Shown in pieces: positions 50,153 through 62,960 of a stretch of 64,000 nucleotides of DNA. The position numbers were made by a program, and so were the translations under genes. Source of the stretch: Lama glama (Eukaryota); NCBI GenBank assembly GCA_028534125.1, contig CM052816.1, positions 68,140,001-68,204,000 on the forward strand, read 5' to 3'. The notes below the pieces were generated by a model. The model was not told the DNA's origin, made no database searches, and was given only the letters and a program-made list of their open reading frames with translations. Position 1 is the stretch's first letter. Every line of letters begins with the position of its first letter.

Positions 50153-52904
50153 CTACAATGATCATATTAGGCTCTCATGTACCAAGGGTGTCTCATGTTG
50201 TATGTTGTTCTTCTTGCAGCTGGAGAGACTGGCACTCATACAGCAACACACTCAATCTTATCCTGTCACCTTTGTGGCTGTTAGGGTTACAATCTCTGGT
50301 CACAAAACAGAGTGACTCTACAAAGTGAGACCTTGGCTCATTAGGAACATTTCTAAGCAAACAGCTACAGGCTTCTTTTCCATTAACCTGCTTCATAACC
50401 TCAAGTTTTGTTTTTCTAACTCTATAAGAATCTTTGGAGAGCCAATTTCAACTAGATTTCTCACAAGGATTTCCTCTCAGAAAACTTAAGGCAAAGAAAA
50501 ATATCTTCCAAACACTCCAGAGTCTGCCAAGAAAGGGAGGAGGGAAGGAGTGAGATTGCTGGAGCCAGACCCTGTGACGTGCCAACCTAATTCAAACCAC
50601 AGGGCTTCGCTTGAACTTGGCCAATAATTCACGGGCTGAAAATAGAAGGAAAGGAGATGTGGCCAAAGTTAGAACTTTTTAAAAACACTGTCGAGATGTT
50701 CAGCAATTTACCGTCCACAGACATTTAAATGCACTGTGGGTTGGGTTTGTGTTGGGTTTTATTTTCTGCATTTTCCCAAATCCCAAATTGTGTTACTGAG
50801 GGAGTGGCTACAATTCAGATGCAACTGAATGTAAATCTAGAAATGAAACAAATGCAACTCAGAGAAAGAAAAATTTCAAAAATATCAACTCAAGATTTTG
50901 AAAATAAAAGCCAAAATTATTCTAATGTGTGGACATAGGTGTTTTGTTTTATTTTATGTTGGTAATAGCAATATGCCGCCAGCCAGTACTAACTTAAATA
51001 CATCCACCTGGAATAACAGGGTGAGAAATCCCTTGACATTTTTCATCTGGGCAAGGAAGGCTAGTTAACCTGCCTCTTAGAAGAAGAAAGCATTAGTCAT
51101 CAGGATAGAGGGATAGAAGGAAGAGCATTCTGTCTGCCCAGTTATGGGGAGGGCCACTGTATTCTTACAGAGGTTGGTCATTCAGAGATATTCCTCAGGA
51201 TTCTGGTGACCAAGAATAACATCCAAGGATTCTGAGATGGCAGGAGACCAAAAAAGAAGGCCTCCTAACTCATCCCTAAACTAAAAGATTTTTATGAACA
51301 GGGATCACATCTCCGTTTTGCTCACCACCCTGTCCCCAGCACCAAGACCACTGATACATAGTTGCTACTCATTAAATATTTATCATATGACTGATGAATG
51401 AATAAAGTCATTGCTCCAGATTAACCTGAACATGTCAGAAATGCCTGATAAATACTCACCAACTTCCCATCATGATATGCATGAAAATAAAAGTTTATAA
51501 TAGCTTGGCAGATAAAAAAAATAAAAGGAAAAAATAAGGCAAATTCAGAAATTCAGGTGTCTGAACAAACTAGGAATGGGATTGTGCAGACTGGGAAGGG
51601 GAGGAGAGAAGGAACACTCACTGTGGAGCCAGGAGGCTTCCATCACCTACTTCATCATTTTGCCAAAAGTTAGGTTTCACCACTCGGGCCCTTAACACTT
51701 AGTGTTTAATAAACCAGTATCTGTTACAGGGTACTGACTGTGTGCATAGCATTGTTTTGGTGCTGAGAGATAGAAGACCTATCATTCAGCTCATACCTTA
51801 TGGGAACCTAGAATTTAGTTGACAATGTAAAACTAACATGATTATATCACAAATAAAAAAAACATAATGCAAAATATCAGTAGGAGAGGTGTCCAAACAT
51901 AATTTGTAATTGTCAAATAAGGTGATCAATGTTGAAATGGTCAGAGAAACCTTTATAAAGGAGATATATTTTGAGCTATAAGAGTCCCTGTCACATAGTA
52001 AATGCTAAATGTTTGAAGTTGTGAGACCAAAGCAATATGAAAATTATCTTAAGGATAATACACACATATGCACACACACACATATACATGTTTTATATAC
52101 AGCATATTTTATAGGGAGGGAGTTCATACTGTTGCTTTATTAAGTAAAGAGTGGGTATAACATGAATAAATAGAAATCTGAAGTGACAGACAGCATCAAT
52201 TTTCAATAGTGTTCTTCCAAGATTTTAGATAAGACTATAGTTCAGAATAAAACAGTGGAACTCTTAAGTATACGGGCTCTCTTAGAAAAGGTCTAAATTA
52301 GTTTCTGAACAGTATCCACTGATTTTAAAGGAACGACCTTAAAGGTGGTTGAGAAACCCCTTGATTCTAAAGATAGCACCAGACGCCTTTATCATGTGGT
52401 CCATCGTTCGTTTCCACAGTTGATAATATTCTGGAGCAACCAGTGCTTCTTCATCCCCAGCTGTGTTGTTCTCATAGAAACATCCAATCAAGGATCAGGT
52501 AGGGGAGCAGCATCAAGGTGAGACATGGAGCAGAATGGGAGGGGATGAGCGATGACAGAGGAGGGGTGGGGAGTGGTAAGAGGAAACACACATTACCAAG
52601 AAACAATTCCAGTTCCACAGGGACATAAGCTAAGGCAGGCTATAGATTGATACAAAAGGAAGGTGATGCTTGAAGGGTGGGTAATTGACTCTTAAGTTAC
52701 ATAGCAATGATAGTAACAATGAAAATGATGATAATGGCTTTCTGGGCTCTTCAGTGTTCTGTGTTCTTCAGTATTGCCATGCTTCCTTTTCTCCTCCTTT
52801 ACCCTCTTTCAAATTGTACCCCATCAGTCCTGCTGGAAAGAAGGAATATGGCTGAGCAAGTCAGCTAAATAGCCTTTCCTAAGGATCACTCCAAAATCTT
52901 ATAA

Positions 52905-53395
52905 AACAACACTGTCCAATAGGAATAAAGTGTAGGCCACATACATAATACTAATTTTTCTAGAAAGCGTATTCAAAAATAAGTGAAAAGAAACAGGTAA
53001 AATTAATTTTAGTGGTGTATTTAATCTAATATGTCTAAAATATTATCATAACATAATTAATATAAAATTTATTAAGGGGATATTTTGTATATTTTTTCAT
53101 ACTAAGGCTTCAAAATCAAATATGTATTTTATTTTATTTTTTATTTTTTTAAACTTTTTTTATTGATTTATAATCATTTTACAATGTTGTGTCAAATTCC
53201 AGTGTAGAGCACAATTTTTCAGTTATACATGAACATAGGTATATTCATTGTCACATTTTTCTTCGCTGTGAGCTACCACAAGAAAATACGTATTTTATAC
53301 TTCTAGCACATCTCAGTTTGCACTAGCCATATTTTAAATGCTCTATAACTACATATATTAGCTGGTAGCTTCCTTACTGGACAGTACAGCTCTAG
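52905..53395. mobile_element. MER33-like hAT MITE interrupted by an L1 fragment
   Basis: 'ctgtccaatagga...gaaacaggtaaaattaatttt...tagcacatctcagtttgcactagcca...ggacagtacagctctag'. Confidence 0.8.
53133..53283 (-). mobile_element. short young L1 3'-end insertion with 15-bp TSD
   Basis: T-rich tail plus 'ttttacaatgttgtgtcaaattccagtgtagagcac'; TSD aaata(t/c)gtattttat at 53118-53132 and 53284-53298. Confidence 0.85.
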
Positions 53396-53446
53396 AAGCT
53401 CTGAAATGACCACTTATAAGGATCCAATTAAAGTCTCAAAAAAAAA

Positions 53447-53592
53447 GGTGTAAGAGCACTAATCCTATTTATGAAGGCTTCATCTTTATGACCTAATTAC
53501 ATTCTCTGAAAGATCCTACCTCCAAATACCATAACATTGGGAACCAGGTTTCAGCATATGAATTTTGGGGGAACACAAGCATTGCAGAAACA
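53447..53592 (-). mobile_element. MLT1A-like LTR 5' fragment
   Basis: 'cctccaaataccataacattggg...ttcagcatatgaattttgggggaacaca'. Confidence 0.75.
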
Positions 53593-54033
53593 TGAAAGAA
53601 CCCTGAATTATTTAAGTCAGTATTGATTTAAAATACAATTGAAATTACACATCATAAATCTCAATAAAAAGTTTTAAAGAGGATATTGACCGAACTACTT
53701 TGAGAATGCAAAGCACTGGTTAGTTATTAGCCTTTATGTCTATTTTAAAATAAGAAGTTTCAAAAAAATATGTGCCAGTTGCCATAAAATTTAATTTTAA
53801 TCCCCACTCATGTGGCATCTTGTTATAAAGTTGAACCTGCTTAATAAAGGAGGAAAAACAATAGAATGTTGAAAGTTTTATTTTGATAGAGCCAAGGACT
53901 TTTGCCTTTATAATCTTTTGTTATAAGAATTTACATGTTTTAGACATCAGTGACCATGAAAAAAAAATTTACAGGTTTTAGAAAGTTTGTGGTAGTAAAT
54001 TCTGTTTGTTCACTTAAAGTTGTGACCGTGTTT

Positions 54034-54517
54034 TTTTTTAAATTGAAGTATAGTCAGTTTACAATGTTGTGTTAACTTCTGATATACAGCATAGTGATTT
54101 AGTTATACATATATATCCCTTTTCCTATCCTTTTTCATTATAGGCTATTATAAGTTACTGAATATCGTTCCCTGTGCTATACAATAGGACCTGGTTGTTT
54201 ATGTATTTTGTATATATAGTAGTTAGTATCTGCAAATCCTGAACTCCCAGTTTATCCCTCCACCCAACCACTTTTTCCCCAGTAACCATAAGTTTGTTTT
54301 ATGAGTCTATGAATCTTTTTCTGTTTTGTAAATAAGTTCACTTGTGTCATTTTTTAGATTCCACATATAAGTGATATCATATGGTATTTCTTTCTCTTTC
54401 TGGCTTACTTCACTTAGTATGAGTCTCCAGGTCCATCCATGTTGCTGCAAATGGCATTATTTCATTCTTTTTATGGCTGAGTAGTATTCCATTATGTATA
54501 TGTGTGTGTGTGTATAC

Positions 54518-54552
<35 letters not shown>

Positions 54553-54990
54553 TACATATATATGTGTGTGTGTATACCACAACTTTTTTATCCAGTCATC
54601 TGTCCATGGATATTTAGGTTTCTTCCATGTCTTGGATTTGTAAATAGTGCTGCTATGAACATTGGGGTGCATGTATCTTTTCAAATTAGAGTTTCCTCTG
54701 GATATATGCCCAGGAGTAGGATTGCTGGATCATAGAGTAAGTCTATTTTTAGGTTTTTTTAAGGCAGCTCCATACTGTTTTCTATAGTGGCTGCACCAAA
54801 CTACATTCTAACGAACAGATTAGGAGGGTTCCCTTTTCTCCACACCCTCTCCAGCATTTATCATTCGTGAACTAAAATAATGGCCATTCTGATGGGTGTA
54901 AAGTGATACCTCATTGTAGTTTTGATTTGCATTTCTTTGCTAATTAACAATATTGAGCATTTTTTATTTGCCTGTTGGCCATTTGTATGT
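54034..54990 (-). mobile_element. 5'-truncated L1 with TSD
   Basis: 3' UTR plus ORF2 tail; TSD tgacc(g/a)tgttt at 54023-54033 and 54992-55002. Confidence 0.95.
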
Positions 54991-55908
54991 ATGACCATGT
55001 TTGTTGAAGAAGATTGGTTTTTCTCATGTGTCTTAGGAATGATCAACCTACTGATTTCTTTTGTCTTTTATGAACTAAACCAGGAAAAAAAATATTCATA
55101 TCCTTCTAGAATCAGAAACAAACTTACAGGCATTTTTCAGTAAAATAGATAAGTGATTTCAACAGATTTCTTTAAAATTGATGCATAATCTCAGTTTCCC
55201 ACAGTAGTACTTTATATACATTATTGAGTTTTAATTCTTACAACTACCCTATGAAATAAGTAGGTTTTTTAGCCTTACTTATAACTGTGGTATAACCATA
55301 AGTAATTTGCTTAATATCACAAAGCTAGAAATGTGCTGGGCTGGAACTTAAACTTGGGGCTATCCAATGCCCAAGCCCAGCCACTGCCTACACGGCCTCC
55401 ATCACAGCTCCCACTGCCTTAACTTGAGTGCACTGTGGGGAAAGCTCTGTTTTCACCTGAGTTAAAAGTAGGACTAAAAAAATAAATAAATAAAATAAAA
55501 AATAATAATAGTAAAATAAAAAGGAGGACTACCTAAAATCTCTCTGTGAGTTCACCCTCGGTTTACAACACAATCAGAATATCATTAAAATATGGTAGCA
55601 CATCTGAAATTCTCAAATATAGGGTTTCTTATTTACATGGGAAAATTTCAAGGTCATCAAAAGTTCTTACCAGAAAGTTCTTAATATGGAATTATACCCA
55701 AAGAGCAATGGTTAGTTGGGTTCTAATGCAACAGTGTCAATGAACAAGTAATCAACTTTGGCAAGGGAAGTCCTCCAATGAAGTCTTTCATTCACTAAAT
55801 ATTTATTGATCACCTCTTTGGGCCTCACTCTGTGCTAGACTGTAGGGATGCAGAGTGGACAAAGCAGAGAAAGGCTTTGCCCTTGTGAAGTTTACTCTAC
55901 TCGAGAAG

Positions 55909-56373
55909 TGTCTTAATTTGAGTTTCTCCAGAAGCAGCCCTGGGACAATGATTCCAGTGCAAGTAGCTTATTGAGAAGTGAAGAAAATCCCAGTAGGAAA
56001 ATGGAGAATCATACAGAGAGTAAACAGCAGCCCATAAAATGTATATTATTGAACCAGTTATCACATGTGGCAATGGAGGTTAATCCTTAAAGGAGACTTT
56101 GGGAAATGCAATAAAATAGCACACCTCAGAATCATTATATCTAAAGGCAAGGCAGCTGGTGTCTATAGGCCAGCTCCCAAGAGTCACTGGTTGAGGGCTG
56201 CTGTGGGTTGGGAACTGGTGATTAGTTCCCTGGCACTTCTGGCCTAACCCCCAGAGCTGGCATAGTGGCCTTCTGCATTCTGGAAAAATGCCCTGAGACC
56301 CAAGATACAGATACAACCATTTGAAAATCAGCTGCAGCACACTGAAAAGTCTGGTGACTGACAGCACCTGCTA
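55909..56373 (-). mobile_element. LTR33-like ERVL solo LTR inserted in an L2 3' end
   Basis: 'tgtcttaatttgagtttctccagaagcagccctgggacaatgattccagtgcaagtag...ggttgagggctgct'. Confidence 0.8.
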
Positions 56374-56909
56374 AAGGGAGACAGATAACGAAGACATAAT
56401 GAAGTACAAGTTAATTACAGATAGTGACAGTTATAAGAAAGGAAAAATGAAGACATTTTATTAACTGTAATTGGGATTGGGCAGGAAGGCAGCTGCTGCT
56501 TTACATGGAGCTTGGAGGCTGGGTAAGTCCTCTTTGAGAAGAGACCTGGATGGTAGGAAGAAGCCCACCATGGGAAGAGTCAAGAGAAGAGCGATTTTGA
56601 CCAACCCTGGGCAAAGTGTGAGTCATGGGTGGTGCTGGTCCAGGAACTGCTTGTCACCAGTTGGAGACAAGGTATGTCCAAAAACTGGACTTCTAAGTGG
56701 AATGATTGAGAAATGGTTACATTGCCACACCTTCAAACCTGTAGTGATGGACTTGTCTCGGTGAACGTGGTGTAGACTACTATGGGTGCTGTTAAACTTG
56801 TGTGGAAAGTCATGCACAGTAGGATAGTGTTTAATGCATGACATTTTAAAGTTAGTTTGTCAGCTATGTTCTAAAAGTGTATAAAAATCTGAGAAAAATA
56901 GGCACTTAT

Positions 56910-57897
56910 TTCTTTTTTTCATTTTTCCTTCACCCAATCCCTCCCCTCTGGTAACCACCTGTTCTCTATATCTGTGAGTCTGTATCTGTTTTGTTATGTT
57001 TGTTCATTTGTTTTGGTTTTTAGATTCCACATATAAGTGAAATCATACAGTATTTGTCTTTCTCTGTCTGACTTATTTCATTTAGCATAATACCCTCTAG
57101 GTCTATCAATTGTCACAATTGGCAAGATTTCATTTTTATGGCTGAGTAATATTCCATTGTGTGTGTGTGTAATTTTCTTTATCCATGCAGCTGTTGATGG
57201 ACACTTAGGATATTTACATATTTTGGCTATTTTAAATAATGCTTCAATGAACATAGGAATGCATATATGTTTCCAAATTAGTGTGGGTTTTTTTCCCTTT
57301 AGATAAATACCCAGGAGTGAAATTTCTGGATCATTTGGTAGTTTTATTTTCTAATTTTTTGAAAGATCTCCATACTGTTTTCCACAATAGCTGCACAAGT
57401 TTACATTCCCACCAACAGTGCACAAGAATTTCCTTTTCTCCACATTGTTGACAACACTTGTTATCCGTTATCTTTTGAATAATAGCCATTCTGACAGGTG
57501 CGAGGTGATAGCTCATTGTGGTTTTGATTTGCATTTCCCTAATCATTAGTGATGTTGAACATCTTTTCATGTAACTGTTGGCCATCTGTATGTCTTCTTT
57601 GGAAAAATGTCTGTTCAGATCCTCTGCCCATTTTTTAATCAGGTTGTTTCATTTTTTCTGATGTTGAGTTGAATGAGTTCTTTGTACATTTTGAATAGTA
57701 ACCACTTATCAGATATATCCTTTGCAAATATCTTCTGCCATTCAGTAGGTGACCTTAACATTTCATTGATAGTTTCCTTTACTGTAGAAAAGCTTTTTAA
57801 TTTGATGTAGTCCCATTTGTTAATTTTTGCTTTTGTTTCCCTTGCCTGAGGAGAAACATCCAAAAAAATATTACTAACACTGATATCAAAGAGAGTA
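56910..57897 (-). mobile_element. 5'-truncated L1 (L1MA-like)
   Basis: ORFs 57331-57585 ([19 protein letters not shown]) and 57639-57863 (KINKWDYIKLKSF) are L1 ORF2 motifs. Confidence 0.95.
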
Positions 57898-58039
57898 ATG
57901 AGTATAGTTTTTTTGCACTTACTTACTTTTAAAACTTGATATTTTCAATCATTTTAATTTTAAACAAATATATTTTAAAATTTAGGATAACATTATTAGT
58001 TAAATAACAGAAGTAAAATTTATATTGTTTATTCTTCCA

Positions 58040-59035
58040 GGTTTATTGAGATATAATTTACCTGTAATAATATTCACCTTTTTGAGGTGTTTAGTTCTAG
58101 AAGTTTGACAAGTGAATACAGAGGATGTAGACATCACCATGATCAAGAGTGGGAGTATTTCTACAATTCCAAAAGTTCTCTCCAGCCCCTTGTAGTCCAT
58201 CCCCCAGGCTTCCCTCAAAAGCACTCCTCTGATTTCTGTCTCTGTTTTTTGACAGGATGCTTTATAAATGGAATCAGGCAGTATGTAGTTTTTTGTGCAT
58301 GGCTGCTTTCACTCAGCTCAGTGTTTTTAAGATTCGTTGCATGGATCTTACTGCATGGATCAGTACTTTCTTTCTTTTTGTTGCTGAGCAGTATTCCATC
58401 CTATAGATGTACCACAGTTCATTTATTTACTGGTTGATGAATATTTGGGGTGTTTCCAGTTATGAGTGATAATAAAGCTGCTATAAACTTTCACATACAG
58501 GTACTTGTGAAAACAAATGTTTTCATTTCTCTTACATTAATACCAGGGAGTTGGATTGCTGGGCCATATTTATGTTCAACTTTATAAGAAACTGTCAGAC
58601 TGTTTTCCAAAATGGCTGGGTTGTTTTGCATTCCCATCAACAGTGTGTCAAAAGTTCTAGCATCCTCCCCAGCATGCAGTGTGTAGCTCTTTTAAAGCCA
58701 TTCCATAGAAGCCATAAAGCCGTAGGTATGTAGTGGTATTTCATTATGATTTTAATTTACACTTTCCTAATGGTTAATAATGCTGAGCATCTTTTCATAT
58801 ACTTATTTACCATCTGTATCTTTTCTTTGGTGAAATGTCTGTTCAGATCTTTGTGCTTTTTAATATTAGGTTGTTTGGTTTTTTATCACAAAGTTTTGAG
58901 AATTCTTTGTGTATTCTGGATACAAGTCCTTTATCAGATAAGTTTTACAAATATTTTCTCCCTGTCTATGGTTTGTCTTTTTGTTTTCTGAGCAGTAGCT
59001 CTCAAAGAGAATAAGGTTTTAATTATGACAAAATA
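58040..59035 (-). mobile_element. older L1 (L1MB/ME-like) 3' portion
   Basis: 'tttattgagatataattta...tataaatggaatc...tttataagaaactgtcagactgttttccaaaatggctg'. Confidence 0.9.
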
Positions 59036-59043
59036 AGATCACA

Positions 59044-59402
59044 GTGGCTGCTGTGACTGAGGAAATGAAATTTTTTAAATTTTATTTTAATTAAACATAT
59101 AGCCTTATGTGGCTAGTGGCTGCCATATTGGACGGCACAGTGTATTACTGCCTAAATGTACTTTCAGAGAACAATGTGTACATTTTAAAACTTCTTTTAT
59201 TCTATCTTTTGATTACATTTATTGACACATAACTTTATGCCTACTGAATCTAATAGTAAAAATTGGGGCTTGCATTCTGTAAATCTTTCTTTTCTTTATA
59301 AATTATTAATTTTTATATTTTATTAATGTATCAATTCCATGATGTTTTGGAAATTTGAAAACCTGGTCCTTCACCACAGATAGTCTGAGAGGCACTGAGC
59401 TA
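59044..59402. mobile_element. hAT-Charlie MITE fragments (MER3-like 59044-59141, then a MER113-like end)
   Basis: 'atgtggctagtggctgccatattggacggcacag' and 'ctggtccttcaccacagatagtctgagaggcactg'. Confidence 0.6.
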
Positions 59403-60239
59403 GACAGATGTACATGGGCAAAGGCCCTGTCTCCCTGGCAGGGGTATTCCTCATTGTTAATCCACCAAGTGGCATTCCAGAAAAGGAAGTGACAGATGGG
59501 GTTAAGGAGTGGAAGACTATTTTAGAAAATGTGGTCAGAGAAAGCCTCAATGAAATGGTGATGTTTGAACTGGGGAAAGATCACTGCAAGTGGATGGACA
59601 AAACAGCAAAATTTCAGGAGGCTGGGAAAGGGGATGACATTTCCAAGGGACAGAAAGGAGACCAGTGTGGCCGGTGTGAGAATGGAGGGAGGGCGGTGAG
59701 AGATGAGCTAGAGAGAAAGCAGAGAGCCAGACTGTGCCCAGTCATACAGACCTTCTCCTCTTCCCCTCCTGCATCAGAGATAAGACTTAATGAACCACAG
59801 ACACCCGATATGTGTGAAAATGTGTGAATATGTCTGAATAAGGGCCTTATTCAAAACGCACTTGAAGAAACACCTAAATGTTATCTGACACTTGGCTTTG
59901 GTTGTATAGAAAGAATTATTTCTATGTTTGCGGCCTAGGAAGTGAACTGAACAATAATAACTCTCACAAGAAGTTAGGGGGTGGGGTCCCCATTCTACAG
60001 ATTAAGACACTGAGGCTAAAAAGGTTATGTAACTTGCCCAAATCACACAGCTAACAAGAGACAAACTAAAGCTCATGTCCTTTGCACTCTATTTGACTGC
60101 CTTTCTTCAAAATGAGCCCAAAACAGCCCTTTCAAAAACATAAAATTATCTATACTTTAATTTGGTTTTGGTAATAACATAAGTGGGCACAGAAATGTAA
60201 CAATTATGGAGATTGCATTTATTTTGAGAAGGCCTCCTC

Positions 60240-61150
60240 TGTGTTAGTTTCTTGAAGCCTGCTGTAACAAATTATCACCAACTGTTACCCATTCAGGTAT
60301 TTGAACACTTTAATCAATAGAAATTACAAGAGGCCAGATGAGAAATTCAGGCAAGGCTTTTTGGGGATTCGAAGGAGCGAAAAAAAGTAACAGGTTCCCT
60401 TGCTCCCTCTCTGGGTAGGGTCAGGGAGCGAGCTGGTTCCTTAAATAGGGTGAAGGTAGGGTAGAATCCATGAGTTGGACCAGAGGGTTAGCTTAGGTGG
60501 TCAGCCCACCCCTTTGGTGGTGCTGTGTGTAGGGACCATGCCCAGCACCCTGCTTTTGCTCCTGGCACCTACCTCCAAAGTGGCAGTTAGTTTGTAGCCT
60601 CTTTGTATAGTATTCATAATTGCCCTGGCTGTGTGTGTATGCATGTAGTTATTTTTAGTCCCTTATAGTTTCTTTGTATTCTGTTGCTTAAGGAGACATT
60701 TGTCCAGGTACAAGCACTCCAGTAAAGGGGTTCCAAGTCCCAAAACTCAAAACTTGGTTGCTGCAAATACAAAAACTTATTTTCTCCCAGTTCTGAAAAC
60801 TGAATTTCAAAATCAAGGTGTTGACACCATCCCACATTCTCTGAAGGCTCTAGAAGATAATCTGTTCCTTATCTCTTCCAACATCTAGTGGCTCCACATG
60901 TACCTTGCCTTGTGGCTGCATCATTCCAATCACTGGCCACATGGCCTTTACTTCACCTTGTGTGTCCCTTATAGGGACATTTGTCATTGAATTTAGGGCC
61001 CATTTGGATAACCTGGGATGATTTCAACCTGAAATCCTTAATTTGATTACATATGCAAAGACCCCTTTTCCAAATAAGGTCACATTCACAGGTTCTGAGG
61101 ATTAAGATGTGGATGCATCTTTTCAGGGGGCCACCATTGAGCCCACATCA
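60240..61150 (-). mobile_element. MLT1C-like MaLR LTR split by an ERV1 LTR
   Basis: 'tgtgttagtttc...gctgtaacaaatta' rejoins 'aacttggttgc...'; ends 'gcaaagaccccttttccaaataaggtcacattcacaggttc'. Confidence 0.85.
60283..60749 (-). mobile_element. ERV1-class solo LTR (cetartiodactyl MER41-like)
   Basis: TG...CA ends, 4-bp TSD caac/aaac, reverse-complement homologue of 62490-62960. Confidence 0.85.
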
Positions 61151-61368
61151 CCCTCCCTGCGCTTCAGCCTGGAAACTCTCCCCAGGCAGTCAGCTGGGGA
61201 CTCATCAGGCTCAGCTCAGTTGTTTCTCTTCCCCCAGGGATCACTCACCTGCACTGCCTGCTGCCTGAAAACCATTGTTTCAGAGATTTTGCCCAGTTTT
61301 TTAGCTGTTTTAAGTAGGAGGGTAAATCCAGTCCCTATTACTCCAGCATGGCCAGAAGCAAAAGTTGT
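61150..61368 (-). mobile_element. old L1 (L1ME-like) 5'-end fragment
   Basis: 'ggagggtaaatccagtccctattactccagcatggccagaag'. Confidence 0.65.
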
Positions 61369-62489
61369 ACCCAAAGTATAAGTTCACTGAGCATGGAGGC
61401 ATTTTCTGTCTTACTCATGGCTGCATCATCAGTGTCTATGGAAATGACTGGAGCATGGTAATCCTTACATAGCAACTGATGAATTAATGAACAAATTAAT
61501 TAAAAAGAAGTTAATCTAAATCCCTGCTTTTTCTCTTGTTTAGGACCGAGTGGCCACAGCTCCTTTTACCTCAGTCATTTGGGTGAGCTAGACCCATCTC
61601 TCCTTAGCTGAAAATCTGCTAGTGTAAGTTAAAATGTCTTCACCAATCCACTCTCAGCCCCCTGAAGTCTGGCTTTCATGGTTAATGCAAAAAAAACAAA
61701 AAAACAAAAACAAAGAAACAGCACTGGGAAATTTAAGAAATGTATCTATGGAACACATTTTGGATAATGATTTATAAGAATTAGGTTCTGCCTATGCTTT
61801 AAATAAAATAAACACAGAGCATTTGGCGGGGGGAAGGCTGATGTGAGGAGGGTAAGTGGGTCATAGCATTGTCACAGGGAACCGAGGCCAGATGATGTGT
61901 TGATAGAAAATAAATGATGGGACACCAAGAAAATATGAGAGGCAAGAGATAAGAAAGAAGCTTGTCTATTGAAGAACACAGCCCATATCGTCCAGATCAA
62001 AACAATTGTGGCCATATATGAAGAAAAATGGTCTCTACTTTCATTTGCATAGTCATACACTAATTACATTTTTTAAAAAACAGTTATTACCATTATCAGC
62101 AGCATTTATAAGAGCATCTACTATAGCACTCTGACGTATGCAAAAATCTGATTGTGCCTTGAATGTAGAGCTTTGTTTTGAATTAATTATATCAGATTTT
62201 TATTGATACATTTAAAATAACAGACACCTGTTATAATAAGCCTAAGAATACAGAGGTAGGTAAAGAATAAGTCAGAAATCTACTTTAATTGCAGTTCCCT
62301 GAGGTAACCAATATTAACAGTATATATTCATATACCTTCCTCTGTTCCTATGAACATATATAAGCATGTTCACATATACAGTGAGTGGTCGCTGGGTTTA
62401 TAAAAATGTGAACAGATGAAATATATAATGTCTGTTTTTTCATTTAATAATTGATTAGAGTCATCCTACCAGATAAATTCATATAGATT

Positions 62490-62960
62490 TGAGACAGGCT
62501 GGGACCTGGAACCCTTTACTGCAGTGTATTGCACCTGGACAAACATCTCCAGCAACAGAATACAGGGAAACTATAAAGTACTTAAAATACCTGCACACAT
62601 GCACGGTTGGGGCAAATGATGAACAAGATACAAAAAGACCAAAAACCCAATTGCCACTTCTGAGGTATCAGGAGCAAAAGCAGGGTACTAGGCATGGTCC
62701 CTGCACACAGTACCACCAAGGCAGTGGGCCGACCACATAAGCTGCCCCTCTGGCCAGACCCATGGACCCACCCCTACCCACATTCCATTTAATGGAGCAG
62801 CTCACTCCAACTCAGTGAGCCAGCAAGGGAAAACCTGTTAATTGGTTTTGCTCCCTTGCGCTGCAACATGAGTCCCAATAAAAAGCCTTGCCTGAATGTC
62901 TCATCTGGCCTCTTATCAATTTCTATTGATTAAGTAGTTTAAGAACCCTGGCTGGGAACA
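62490..62960 (+). mobile_element. ERV1-class solo LTR (cetartiodactyl MER41-like) inserted in an old L1
   Basis: tgagacaggctgggacc...gggaaca, AATAAA at ~62877, perfect 4-bp TSD gatt at 62486-62489 and 62961-62964. Confidence 0.9.

Noticed and set aside
10061..58991. Many 60-145 aa ORFs with similar text (e.g. [18 protein letters not shown])
   Set aside because: Sense or antisense translations of truncated L1 ORF2 and 3' UTR copies, not a gene family.
60283..62960. Provirus bounded by two LTRs
   Set aside because: The LTRs are inverted, have different TSDs, and the interval holds MLT1, L1 and L2 pieces with no gag/pol/env.
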